DNA of 49,903 nt, taken from contig DBRS01000019.1 of assembly GCA_002306085.1 (NCBI GenBank), positions 336-50,238 on the forward strand, read 5' to 3'. Each line of letters starts with the position of its first letter. Position 1 is the first letter of the stretch. This stretch comes from Candidatus Moranbacteria bacterium UBA1362. GTDB taxonomy: Bacteria > Patescibacteriota > Minisyncoccia > Moranbacterales > GWC2-37-73. Shown one piece after another: positions 17,263 to 27,386 of this stretch. A program made the translations under genes and the position numbers. A model generated the notes under the pieces. That model made no database searches and was not told the origin of the DNA. It saw only the letters and a list, made by a program, of their open reading frames with translations.

Positions 17263-18378
17263 CTACCTCACAGCCCAGCTGAATATCTCCTGGAAATTCG
17301 AAGTTATTATCTGGATAATGTTTTCCCTTTTTCTCGGAGTAAGCAGCGTGTAATGCCCCGAAAGGGCTTCATTGCCGCTGGAATCGATCGATTTTACCCT
17401 GAAGTTATAGACTGTTCCTGGTTTGAATGCCGTTACGACAGCAATATGAGAAGTCGTCAGGTTGTCAGAAACTTTGATTTCCTTTTCCTGTCCGGTTCTT
17501 CCTTCACGATAGATGATATGCGTTGAAGCCTGTTCGTCTGTTTTCCAAGAAATGATCGTTTGAACTTTGTCATTCTGCGTCAGCGCGCTGTCAGTGCGCA
17601 CTTGATCGATTTTCGGAGGGTTTTCGTCCTTTCCCGTAGTGAAGTTCGGCCCTTCCACAGTAGCTTCTGTCCCTTGTTCGTCCCTCGCGCTTATCATGAT
17701 TGAATAGGTGGTTCCCTGCTCAAGGTTTTCAAGCATAACTTTGTGCTCCCTGGTCATCTCTCTTGAGCCCTGCGAACCTATCTTATCGGAGTCGTCGACC
17801 TGAGCATAAGATACGTTCGAATCGGCTGGAACGTCAGTTTCGAAAGTTATTGTTGCACCATGTTCATTTACATCATTGACGTTAACGCCTGTGATCTTCG
17901 GAGGAGATTTCGGTTCGAAAGTGTTGTCCGCGCTAGCATAAAGATTTCCATTTTTATCCTTTCCTTTGATGCGGTAATGGTATGTGAACCCCTGCTCAAG
18001 ATCAGAAAGAGATATTGAGTGCTCTTCGGTATATTCAGAATTTTCCTTCTTTTCTCCATAGCTTGTTGTGAGTCCGTATTCAACAATCGATGTCGTCTCA
18101 TCGCTTGTTTTCCAAGTAATCGTCGCTTCGCCCAAATTTTTCGATTCAACTCTGATCGAAGAAATGGAAGACGGTGCCGATGTGGTGAACGAATTTTGTG
18201 GAGATTCCGCAATGTTTCCCGAAGCATCGGTTGAAGAAACCGTATAATAATATTTTGTTCCGGGAATCAGGTTTCCGATGGTCACCTGATGCGCTTTTGC
18301 ATATTTCAATGTGTCGAGATTTATCAAATCGTCTCCCGCCATATTCCCATATTCTGTCGTTATTCCGTATCTCACCAA
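17263..18378 (-). CDS. C-terminal part of the giant FN3-repeat surface protein (continues the upstream ORF after a -1 shift)
   Basis: Repeated ATITWxTD...V.YG...H.V.L..L.PGT.Y.Y FN3 units; the frame is open back to about 18437. Confidence 0.85.
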   Translation of the reverse strand: MVRYGITTEYGNMAGDDLINLDTLKYAKAHQVTIGNLIPGTKYYYTVSSTDASGNIAESPQNSFTTSAPSSISSIRVESKNLGEATITWKTSDETTSIVEYGLTTSYGEKKENSEYTEEHSISLSDLEQGFTYHYRIKGKDKNGNLYASADNTFEPKSPPKITGVNVNDVNEHGATITFETDVPADSNVSYAQVDDSDKIGSQGSREMTREHKVMLENLEQGTTYSIMISARDEQGTEATVEGPNFTTGKDENPPKIDQVRTDSALTQNDKVQTIISWKTDEQASTHIIYREGRTGQEKEIKVSDNLTTSHIAVVTAFKPGTVYNFRVKSIDSSGNEALSGHYTLLTPRKRENIIQIITSNFQEIFSWAVR

Positions 18379-21300
18379 ACTATTGGCGTTTTCATTCGTA
18401 TCCCACGCGATAGTAGCCGATTCGCCACTAATGCTTGAACTTTTATGTTTGATATTTCGGGAGCCGTAATATCGCCGCTTCCAACAGAACTTTCGGGTAT
18501 ATATTTCTCCAGAGTGGTAAAATTTTCCTCTTCGGAAAAAACCCAGTTTCTGAATTTGTTCGGACCTTCTTCTTCCGGATCATCAACAATATTGTCGTGG
18601 CAGGAAATTTTGAAATAATATTTTGTATCAGGAATAAGGTCGACAAGTCTTATCGCATGAGATTTGTTATAATTCGCTTCATTATCATACCCGTCTTCAA
18701 AAGCATTGATCGGATTTGAATAATTTCCTTCCGAAGTTGTAAGCTCCAACATGCAAAGAGCCGGCTGGTCGGTTGTGAACGTAACTATGGCATTTTTGTC
18801 CGAAAGATTTTTTTCCGGCACTTTTATGCTGCCAATATCGGAAATCGGATCATGATTAAATTCTTCGTCTATCGAAGTTGTGAAGCTTTCTTCATTTGAT
18901 GTTCTTGAGTTTCCACTGATGTCGCGCGAAATCACCCTGTAATAATATTTTGTGTTGGGAGAAAGTCCGGAAAGAATGACGTAGTGTCCTTTGTCCATGG
19001 TTGATATTTCAGAAGTTTCGTCATACGATCCGCCCGAGCTGGTAGCATATTCCACCTGGCTTGTCGCAGGTTCGTCCGTTATCCAATGGATGGCGGCTCT
19101 TGATGAAGTTATCATAGGCTCATCTATATCCGAAATAACCGGGGGCTCCTCGTCGAGAGTGGTGGTAAAAGAATAAAAATTGGTCCCATTGTCATCGATG
19201 GCGATTCCTGAGTCGTTTTGAGATTCTAGGTAGAAATAATAGCGGGTATACTGGACAAGACCGGTCAGTGTCTGCTCATGGTTTTTCGTGTCGCCGGAAT
19301 CTTCTCCTATTCTTACGGGATTTGTGAGATTGCCGTCCTCACCTATGGATGTGGAATAGTTCACTATCGAATTGGCATCCGTGTCGGTGGTCCATGAAAT
19401 GGTTGCCTGATTGTTATATATGTCATATATTCTGCCAAACGTAATCTTCGGACCGGGAAGAGTCCTGAAGCTTCCCGTTGCAATACCAACGTTTCCAAAA
19501 GTATCTTCGGAAGATATTTGATAGAAGTACTCCGTGTCAGGATCAAGATTGGTAAGCACTACAGTGTGTTTTCCCAGGAGTCCTCCTTTTATTTCGGACG
19601 TGGACGCAATATTATCCTCATAGCTACCTTCCTCTCCTGAATAATATCCCACCGTTGAATTTGAAAGGGTATTTGTGTCCCAGGTAATAACCGCTTGGGC
19701 AGTATTGATCGAACTTTCTTCGACATTCGAAATGACTGGGGGAGCTGTGATCGTTCCTCCTCCTCCCTCTCCGGCATCCTGAATTCCATTAGCATTTCCA
19801 TGGACACTGATAGAATTGTATGATTTGTTTCCATCCTGATCCACCGTTACTACTCTGTAATAATAATCTTGATCTTCCTCTACCGTGTTATCGGCATAAT
19901 AGTTGGAAGTCCTGTCCATTATAATGTCGAGAAGATCCCACTGCGACTGGTCGGTTGATCTGTACACATTGTAGGATCCGAATCCGGGTCCCGGATTTTC
20001 CACCGTTTTCCACGCGATGAAAAGTCTTGATTCCGGAGGATCCAGATACATATTTGAAGTATCTTGCACCATGAATTTGTTCGGGGTTTCGGGAGTGGTT
20101 GCAAAATATGTTTCAGTTGTATTTCCATAAATATCCTGGAATTTGGCATAAATCGTGTCAGGGTCACTTGCAAGCACTATTTCTTTCGTATCATTGTAAT
20201 CTTCCTCGAGCACGCTTCCGAAAAGATTATCAAGGTTTACTTCCATCTTGAGGGTTGAATCGTCGGTGACATCAAGAGTCGCTGTCGGAGTTGAAGTTGT
20301 GGCGTCAATGAGAACCGGATGCGTTCCGATTTCTGGTTTTTTTGTATCGAGAATCGTTTGATTTCCGATTGCGTTTGCGATATTGTTGGCGCCTTCATTG
20401 TCATTTATCGTCACTCTTATTTGAAATTCGTTCGAGTATTCTTCCGGAATCTGAGTTTTGGCATCCCAATATGCAATGTAAGTCAGGTAATTTGCGCTTG
20501 TCTCATTCCCTTCTTGATCTAAAATTGGTTCAAGGACCCTGTTGTCAAGGTTTCCGTCAAGGTTGGTGTCTGTGATTTCTCCTCCGTCAGGGGCTTCAGC
20601 AAACGCTACATTGGCCAAATTTATGTTGCTCCACGTTAAACCCCCGTTTGTTGAATACTCAAAAGTCGGAGTCACAAAGTTAGCGGTTTGATTTCCGGTT
20701 GTCGCGTCAATATCTCTTATTCTGTAATCAATCTTCACTTTGCCCCAGTTGGAATCATTTAAATCCTGAATTTGGCTTATGTTTACTCCGTTTGTGCCAA
20801 ATGTTGAGTCAAATTCGGGAGGAGCGTTCACGACGTAATATGTGGTAACGTCTGAAAGTGTCGGAGTCTGGTCGCCATCGCTTGTTGAAAGATATACTTT
20901 GTACTTGAAATACTGGTCATCCTCTCCCTGCTTGAATACTTCCGGCATGTCGGAAGATGAAACTGATGGGTCGGTGAAATACGAGCTTGTTGTTCCATCG
21001 GGACCGAGAAAATCCGTATATGTCACATTGTCTGGTGAAGTTGCAACCTGAAACTTTACGTCCGTTCCTTCTGGAAGGTTTTCAGTCCAGTTAAGCCTTG
21101 CCATTGCATTTCCTGAGCTTGCAGAATCAAATGGAGAGGAAGTAAGAGTACCGGCTGAATAGTAGTTAAATTCCACCATGACATCCTGGATTTCCGGAGT
21201 TTCAAGCGAGCTCGAAGTTGAAAGCGTTGCTTGGTATTGAACATATCTGTCCCCGGCATGGACACAGTTGTTCCCTGCCATTGCGGCGGAACTTGCGACA

Positions 21301-22943
21301 TTTGCGGAACTCACTGTCGCAATCGGATCGCATGACGAAAAATCAGTCGCTCCCGACATGTCTGAATTGTTCGAAGTCCTTGCTTTGAAAACGATTTGCG
21401 TGTTTTCGGTCTGAGCTGTTGTCCATCCAAAATTCCCCCATGAAACATTTCTATGTCCCGTGTCAATTACTTGGGAAACAAAAGTTCCAACCAAGGGATA
21501 TGTTGTTGGAGTTAAGTATTCAATAGACAAGCTTCCATTGTTCCCTGGTGCTGCCCCATCCCCCGTTGTTGTGCTTGCTTCAATAAGCATTCTTGCTCCA
21601 TCACCACCAATGAAACCGGAACCGCCTCCACCGCCGCCCCAACCATTACCGCCGCCGCCTCCGCCGCCGAAATATCCGCCGCCACCACCGCCGCCGCCAT
21701 ATGAAGAAAGATAGGCACCACGACCACCAGTGCCAATTCCACCAGAAGTAGCACCGTAAGTATTTAAACCTGCCGCACCACCACTCAATTGCGTGCCGCC
21801 GCCACCAGAAATATTTCCACCAGTTCCGCTATTGCCACTACTGCCACCTCCGCTACCGCCATTATACCCGTTTCCACCACCCCCGCAGCCGCCACCACCG
21901 CCGGCAATCAAAATGGTTGAATTTTGTGAAAAAGTATCCGAGGTTGAAAACCATGTCATTCCCCCGCCTCCGCCTCCTCCAGAGCTAGAAGTGGATTTTG
22001 CACTTCCTGCATTTCCACCACCTCCATACCCCCCCGATCCACCAACTTGCCCACTGGCATTGCCTCCGGCACCTCCAACCAAAATATAATAAGTTTCGGA
22101 TGTCAGCGTTAATGTTCCAACACTCAAACCGCCTGGACCGCCTAGGCCAAATGTTCCACTTCCGGTTCCTGTGATATTGCTACTGCCGCCTCCAGCACCT
22201 AAGGCAGTTATTTTCGCACTTGTGACCCCACTTGGAACATTCCAGGTCTGTACCGAACCTGTATAAGAGAATGATTCGGTCACAGGAGAGCCTAGAATAG
22301 CTGTTAGCAATATACCTCCACCGTTAGAGCTGGTATCATTCTTTATCCCTGAGCCAAATCCAGAATCATCATCAGTTTCGGTCACACTTCCTGACACAGT
22401 TGCAAGTTTGATTTCTCCATTACTTGCGTCTATCGAATCGTCTTTTGCCGAATAACTTGTCCAGCCTGTCCTGTCGGTGAGATGGCTTGCAAGATTCGAG
22501 CTTAGACCAGACCAATCGGTCTGCACCCACCCGAAAGTGGCTCCTCTTGAATGGGAGCCCAAGAATTGAAGACTTATGGCAACAGCGATGATTGCGATGA
22601 TTGTGGAAGAAGTGCTGAGAGTGGCAATCCTTAATCTTTTCTGATAGCGCTTGAGGTGGGTAAAAGAATTGAATTCAAGATTAGTTACGGGAGTCGGAGT
22701 TGGAGGCTTAGCCTCCACTGGAGGCTCAGTCTCCTTTTCCCCTTCGGACCACCTCCCCTTTTCAAGAGAAGGATACCTGGAGGGGTTGTTTTGCGTTTCG
22801 GGATGTTCTCCGGAGCTAAACTCCGGTTTCATGTCTTTCTGCTTCTGCATCCTTAAATGATTTTCTGCCGCAGAATGAAAAAGCAGATTGAAATGATCCG
22901 TGAAAAAAATTTTTATTTTTTGTTTCAAAGACACAAACTGCAT
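18372..22943 (-). CDS. giant membrane-anchored surface protein: TM anchor, Gly-rich domain, multiple FN3 domains; ~1893 aa if joined to the next ORF
   Basis: Hydrophobic IIAIIAVAISL anchor, GGGGGG-rich module, FN3 units; an FN3 repeat is broken mid-domain at about 18438. Confidence 0.88.
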   Translation of the reverse strand: MQFVSLKQKIKIFFTDHFNLLFHSAAENHLRMQKQKDMKPEFSSGEHPETQNNPSRYPSLEKGRWSEGEKETEPPVEAKPPTPTPVTNLEFNSFTHLKRYQKRLRIATLSTSSTIIAIIAVAISLQFLGSHSRGATFGWVQTDWSGLSSNLASHLTDRTGWTSYSAKDDSIDASNGEIKLATVSGSVTETDDDSGFGSGIKNDTSSNGGGILLTAILGSPVTESFSYTGSVQTWNVPSGVTSAKITALGAGGGSSNITGTGSGTFGLGGPGGLSVGTLTLTSETYYILVGGAGGNASGQVGGSGGYGGGGNAGSAKSTSSSGGGGGGGMTWFSTSDTFSQNSTILIAGGGGGCGGGGNGYNGGSGGGSSGNSGTGGNISGGGGTQLSGGAAGLNTYGATSGGIGTGGRGAYLSSYGGGGGGGGYFGGGGGGGNGWGGGGGGSGFIGGDGARMLIEASTTTGDGAAPGNNGSLSIEYLTPTTYPLVGTFVSQVIDTGHRNVSWGNFGWTTAQTENTQIVFKARTSNNSDMSGATDFSSCDPIATVSSANVASSAAMAGNNCVHAGDRYVQYQATLSTSSSLETPEIQDVMVEFNYYSAGTLTSSPFDSASSGNAMARLNWTENLPEGTDVKFQVATSPDNVTYTDFLGPDGTTSSYFTDPSVSSSDMPEVFKQGEDDQYFKYKVYLSTSDGDQTPTLSDVTTYYVVNAPPEFDSTFGTNGVNISQIQDLNDSNWGKVKIDYRIRDIDATTGNQTANFVTPTFEYSTNGGLTWSNINLANVAFAEAPDGGEITDTNLDGNLDNRVLEPILDQEGNETSANYLTYIAYWDAKTQIPEEYSNEFQIRVTINDNEGANNIANAIGNQTILDTKKPEIGTHPVLIDATTSTPTATLDVTDDSTLKMEVNLDNLFGSVLEEDYNDTKEIVLASDPDTIYAKFQDIYGNTTETYFATTPETPNKFMVQDTSNMYLDPPESRLFIAWKTVENPGPGFGSYNVYRSTDQSQWDLLDIIMDRTSNYYADNTVEEDQDYYYRVVTVDQDGNKSYNSISVHGNANGIQDAGEGGGGTITAPPVISNVEESSINTAQAVITWDTNTLSNSTVGYYSGEEGSYEDNIASTSEIKGGLLGKHTVVLTNLDPDTEYFYQISSEDTFGNVGIATGSFRTLPGPKITFGRIYDIYNNQATISWTTDTDANSIVNYSTSIGEDGNLTNPVRIGEDSGDTKNHEQTLTGLVQYTRYYFYLESQNDSGIAIDDNGTNFYSFTTTLDEEPPVISDIDEPMITSSRAAIHWITDEPATSQVEYATSSGGSYDETSEISTMDKGHYVILSGLSPNTKYYYRVISRDISGNSRTSNEESFTTSIDEEFNHDPISDIGSIKVPEKNLSDKNAIVTFTTDQPALCMLELTTSEGNYSNPINAFEDGYDNEANYNKSHAIRLVDLIPDTKYYFKISCHDNIVDDPEEEGPNKFRNWVFSEEENFTTLEKYIPESSVGSGDITAPEISNIKVQALVANRLLSRGIRMKTPIVW

Positions 22944-23061
22944 AAGATTTAATTTTTCTTTTTCTTCGTTTCAAAGACAAAAACCAAGAATTAAGCAAAA
23001 AACAAACGCCAGTCTTGATTTGAATTATAACACATCTATTGTTATTGAGAAAACAAAAAAT

Positions 23062-23976
23062 CTATTTTTTTAAGTAAGCCTTGATACTATGAACTGACAC
23101 AGCTCCCTCGGCGGCCGCCGTAATTATTTGTTTGAATTTGTCACTGCCGTTCGTTATATCTCCAGCAGCCCAAATTCCTTCAACATTCGTGCTGCCATCA
23201 GTCTTTATCTTTATATATCCCTCTTCGTCAAGTTCCACTCCTAAATCTTTGGCAAGTTTCGTGTTCGGCATTGCGCCGATTTCAATAAAGACGCCGTCAA
23301 CAGATATTTCATTTGAGCCCTTGTATGGTTTGTCAAGAACCACGGATGAAACTTTTTGCTCACCCTTAATTTCCAAAACATTACTGCCGTGGAGCATTTC
23401 AATTTTGGAATTTTCACCTATCTTCTTGTGCCAGAAAGTTTCACATGAAAGACTTTTTTCACGGCAGGCAAGATAAACCTTTTCCGCTATATTTGCCAAA
23501 AATATCGCCGCTCCCGCCGCAGAATCCCCGCCTCCAATAACCACGACTGTCTTGTTTTTGTAGAAAAACCCGTCGCATGTCGCGCAATGAGAAACGCCTT
23601 TTCCGGCAAATTCTTTTTCGCCCGGAATAGAGAGGCTTTTGCGTTCGGTTCCGGTTGCCAAAAGCACCGCTTTTGCCTCTATAGCATTTCCGTTTTTGAG
23701 CAAGAGGGAAAATGTGCCGTTTTCTTTTTTTATTTCATCTACCAAGTCCACCACCATTTCTGCACCAAGACTTTTCGCATGCTCCAAAGCATTTTGCCCA
23801 AACTCAAAACCGCTTATCTTTTTCGTCCCAAGCCAGTTTCCCACATCAGGAGCATGCGAAGCAAGGCCGCCTGCCACCGTGCCGATAACAACATTGGGAA
23901 TTCCGTACCTTGAAGCATAAACCGAAGCTGTAAGTCCCGCGGGACCCGAACCGATAATCGCAAGATCGTATTTCAT
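23062..23976 (-). CDS. trxB: thioredoxin-disulfide reductase family protein
   Basis: GSGPAGL, CATCDG, GGGDSA, AAGD. Confidence 0.9.
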   Translation of the reverse strand: MKYDLAIIGSGPAGLTASVYASRYGIPNVVIGTVAGGLASHAPDVGNWLGTKKISGFEFGQNALEHAKSLGAEMVVDLVDEIKKENGTFSLLLKNGNAIEAKAVLLATGTERKSLSIPGEKEFAGKGVSHCATCDGFFYKNKTVVVIGGGDSAAGAAIFLANIAEKVYLACREKSLSCETFWHKKIGENSKIEMLHGSNVLEIKGEQKVSSVVLDKPYKGSNEISVDGVFIEIGAMPNTKLAKDLGVELDEEGYIKIKTDGSTNVEGIWAAGDITNGSDKFKQIITAAAEGAVSVHSIKAYLKK

Positions 23977-24034
23977 ACGTTTAATTTTTAATTCTTAATG
24001 TTTCAAAATTCAATCATTAGAATTTGGTTCAAAA

Positions 24035-24847
24035 TTAAAACTTTGAAAAATAATAAATTACTATAATTCCTGCCAAAGCCACACGGTAATAGAAAAACGG
24101 CGCATATCCCACTTTCTGAATGAATTTCAGCATGTATTTGATGGCAAGATAACCGCTCAACGCGGCAGCCAAAACTCCTGCGACAATTTGCACGCTTATC
24201 TCCGAAGCAAACATCTCAGGCAGTTTCAACACCACTGCGCCCATAATGATGGGCACTGAAAGCAAGAATGAAAATCTCGCGGCTTGCTCCCTCGAGAAGC
24301 CTCTTGCAAGTCCCGCGGAAATGGTTATCCCTGAACGAGAAACTCCCGGGATTATCGCGACTGCCTGAGAAATCCCGATAATGGCCGCGTCTTTTATAGT
24401 CATGCTTTTCATGTTTTTTTTGTGAGAAGTATATTTATCAACAAGAAAAAGGATAAGCCCCACAAAACTCAGCATGCCTGCTATAAGCAACGGGTTGCGA
24501 AATTCACGCTCGGCGAAATCATCGAGAAAAAAACCGAAAATAAAACCGGGAATAGATGCCGTAAGCAGCAGCCAAAAAATGTTTGGTTCGTAGTTATTGG
24601 TCTTTGGTTTGTAGTTTGTCTTTAAAATACTGTTTGAACCTGATTTCAAAATATCAGCAAGATCGCGCCAGAAGAAAAGGATTACTGCGACAAGCGTTCC
24701 CAGATGTAGAGCAACATCAAACGAAAGCCCCGGATCCGGCCAGCCGAAAAAATACGGCGCAAGAATAAGATGCGCAGTCGAGGAAATTGGTAAAAACTCT
24801 CCAAAACCTTGCAGAATTCCCAAAAAGATCGATTGAAAAATATCCAT
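24035..24847 (-). CDS. uppP: undecaprenyl-diphosphate phosphatase
   Basis: QGFGEFLPISSTAH, PGVSRSG, AARFSFLLS. Confidence 0.96.
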   Translation of the reverse strand: MDIFQSIFLGILQGFGEFLPISSTAHLILAPYFFGWPDPGLSFDVALHLGTLVAVILFFWRDLADILKSGSNSILKTNYKPKTNNYEPNIFWLLLTASIPGFIFGFFLDDFAEREFRNPLLIAGMLSFVGLILFLVDKYTSHKKNMKSMTIKDAAIIGISQAVAIIPGVSRSGITISAGLARGFSREQAARFSFLLSVPIIMGAVVLKLPEMFASEISVQIVAGVLAAALSGYLAIKYMLKFIQKVGYAPFFYYRVALAGIIVIYYFSKF

Positions 24848-24891
24848 AAAGAAAGTTATCAAAAAATTATGGAGGCTTAGCCCCCGTACTC

Positions 24892-25593
24892 TTACTTTTT
24901 AGCTACTAACAAAATATTCCTATTATCAACCACCTCGCAGCGATCAATCTTAAAACCTGCGTTGGAGAAAAGCTTTTCAAGTTCATTTTTGGTAAAGGCG
25001 TGATGGAACCTCTGGAAAACGTTTCCCTTATTGTCACGGAACCTGATATAGCAGTCATTCCAATCAAGTTCGCTTTCTCCGATAATTTTATTATACCAGT
25101 TTTTCAAAATCTTTGTCACATATTTCCCTTGCCAAAGATTCCATACCGTCACCACAACGCATCCGCCTTTTTTTGTAACCCTGAATAGTTCTTTAGCACA
25201 TTTTTCCCTATATTTTTTCGAAGGAAAATGATGGAATACAGCAATACTGTAGATGGTATTGAAAAATTCGTCATTAAATGATATGCTTTGCCAGATGGGA
25301 TCGATTTTTTGAAAATTTGCGCTAGATGTTTGATGTTTTTCTTTTGCTATATCTACAAGACGCGCCGAAACATCGACACCATAATATTGAATATTTTCCT
25401 TATTTGAAAAAAGTTCGAGCAATCTTCCGTTTCCGCAACCAAAATCAAGAACAGTATCACCTTTTTTGGCAAAATCTCCGATAAATTCAAGTCCGCGCCA
25501 AAAATATTTTCTAGTCTCGGAAAATTTGTTGGAAATAAAGTCATATCCTAATTCAGTTTCTCGTAAAATTTTTTCCGCTGTTTGTTGATCCAT
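24892..25593 (-). CDS. class I SAM methyltransferase, Trm9/ALKBH8-like
   Basis: YDFISNKFSETR, DFGCGNG, SIAVFHH, QRFHHAF..EL; divergently transcribed from elp3. Confidence 0.8.
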   Translation of the reverse strand: MDQQTAEKILRETELGYDFISNKFSETRKYFWRGLEFIGDFAKKGDTVLDFGCGNGRLLELFSNKENIQYYGVDVSARLVDIAKEKHQTSSANFQKIDPIWQSISFNDEFFNTIYSIAVFHHFPSKKYREKCAKELFRVTKKGGCVVVTVWNLWQGKYVTKILKNWYNKIIGESELDWNDCYIRFRDNKGNVFQRFHHAFTKNELEKLFSNAGFKIDRCEVVDNRNILLVAKK

Positions 25594-25701
25594 ATGCTTA
25601 AAATTTTGAATTTTGAATGAAATCTTAATGTTTTATTCAAATGTTCCAAATATTTCAAAATTCAAAATTGGAAATCCAAAATTCCATAAACTAAACTATC
25701 A

Positions 25702-27312
25702 ATGAAACAATCCTACGACAATTATATAATATCTGCAATCCGGCAGCTTCCTGACTCGCAGGAAGAATTTTTGCTGCTTAAAAAGAAACTTTCCAAAGAA
25801 TTCGGGCTTCCCATACCCACAAATGCAGATCTCAGGGACAGATATAACACGCTTGTCGAAAAAAAGATCATAAAAAGATTTGAAGCTTTTGAAAAGATGC
25901 TTTTGAGCCGCAGAATAAGAACTGAATCAGGAGTAGCAATCATCGCGGTCTTGACTAAATCATATCCGTGCCCGGGAAAATGCATTTACTGCCCCACGGA
26001 AAATAAAATGCCCAAAAGCTATCTCTCCAACGAGCCTGCGGTAATGCGCGCTATAGCTTCGAAATTTGATCCGTATCTCCAAGTACAAAATCGTTTGCGG
26101 TCACTGGAACTCAACGGACACAAAACCGACAAAATCGAGCTTATTGTAATGGGAGGAACCTTTTCCTGCCTTCCTAAAAGTTACCAAAAAAGATTTATTA
26201 CCGAATGTTTCCGTGCTGCAAATGATTATCCAAAAAAAGTAAAAAGAAGCACGAAGCAAGCGACAAAAAATTCACTCTTTAAAGAGCAAAAGAAAAATGA
26301 AAAAGCGAAACACAGAATCGTGGGGCTTACGCTTGAAACACGGCCGGATTATGTAGATGAAAAAGAAATAAAAAATTTCCGTGAACTTGGCTGCACAAGA
26401 GTCGAGCTTGGAGTCCAAAGCGTTTATGACGATGTTCTGCTCGCCAACAAGCGCGGTCATTCGGTAGAGACCACCATAAAGGCCACTAAACTGCTCAAGG
26501 ATGCCGGTTTTAAGATAAACTATCACATGATGCCAGGCCTTCCCGGAAGCAATAAGAGACGCGATTTTGTCATGTTTAAGGCTCTTTTCACCAATCCTGC
26601 TTTTCAGCCTGATATGCTAAAAATATACCCGACTGTGGTTCTCAAAAACAGCAAACTTTTTGAAATATGGAAAAAAGGCTTATATAAGCCGCTAAAAGAC
26701 AGAAAACTTGAAAAACTTGTTTTGAAAATAAAAAACGAGGTTGTGCCTCCGTACGTCAGGATTTCAAGATTAATTCGTGATGTTCCGACGTCTTCCATCG
26801 AGGCAGGTCCGGCTGTCTCCAATCTTAGACAAGTAATTATTCCCCATTCAAAATGCCGGTGCATCCGCTGCCGCGAAGTCAGAAGCGGATATGAAATAAA
26901 TGAACATATAGTTCTGAATAGAATCGATTATGACGCATCCGACGGCAAGGAAATATTTTTGCAATATGTTTCTAGGAATAAGAAAAAACTATTTGCGCTT
27001 TTGCGCTTGCGTATACCAAGTTTTATCTTTTTAAAAAAGGAAAAAAATAAAAAAAGTTTGGAAGTTTTGCAGAAATCTGCTCTCATTCGGGAAGTTCACA
27101 CATACGGAAAACTTACTGAGATAGACAGGAAATCCTCTGAATCGCCTCAGCACATCGGCCTTGGGAAAAAATTGGTAAAAGAAGCTGAAAGAATCTCAAA
27201 AGAAGAATTCTGCCTTGAAAAAGTCGCCGTAATTTCAGGCGTAGGAGTAAGAGAATATTATAGAAAACTTGGTTACAAGCTGCAAGATACGTATATGGCG
27301 AAAAAATTATAG
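25702..27312 (+). CDS. elp3: Elp3-type tRNA U34 carboxymethyltransferase (radical SAM + KAT)
   Basis: CPGKCIYCP, MGGTF, ETRPD, RVELGVQS, LKIYP, CRCIRCRE, REVHTYG, QHIGLG, ISGVGVREYYRKLGY. Confidence 0.95.
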   Translation: MKQSYDNYIISAIRQLPDSQEEFLLLKKKLSKEFGLPIPTNADLRDRYNTLVEKKIIKRFEAFEKMLLSRRIRTESGVAIIAVLTKSYPCPGKCIYCPTENKMPKSYLSNEPAVMRAIASKFDPYLQVQNRLRSLELNGHKTDKIELIVMGGTFSCLPKSYQKRFITECFRAANDYPKKVKRSTKQATKNSLFKEQKKNEKAKHRIVGLTLETRPDYVDEKEIKNFRELGCTRVELGVQSVYDDVLLANKRGHSVETTIKATKLLKDAGFKINYHMMPGLPGSNKRRDFVMFKALFTNPAFQPDMLKIYPTVVLKNSKLFEIWKKGLYKPLKDRKLEKLVLKIKNEVVPPYVRISRLIRDVPTSSIEAGPAVSNLRQVIIPHSKCRCIRCREVRSGYEINEHIVLNRIDYDASDGKEIFLQYVSRNKKKLFALLRLRIPSFIFLKKEKNKKSLEVLQKSALIREVHTYGKLTEIDRKSSESPQHIGLGKKLVKEAERISKEEFCLEKVAVISGVGVREYYRKLGYKLQDTYMAKKL

Positions 27313-27386
27313 CTTTTGTATAATTATTATGTGATTAGAATTATTTTAAATTTTGAATAAAAATCAGAAATTTAAAGCCATAAATC

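Noticed and set aside
21620-22040. Pro-rich plus-strand ORFs and CCG/CCA microsatellite
   Set aside because: Simply the reverse complement of the poly-Gly codons of the surface protein
22922-22984. Direct repeat GTTTCAAAGACA(C/A)AAAC, two copies 46 bp apart, with a CRISPR-like GTTTCAA start
   Set aside because: Only two short copies, one inside the CDS start, and no cas genes; not a CRISPR array (could be a local duplication or operator)
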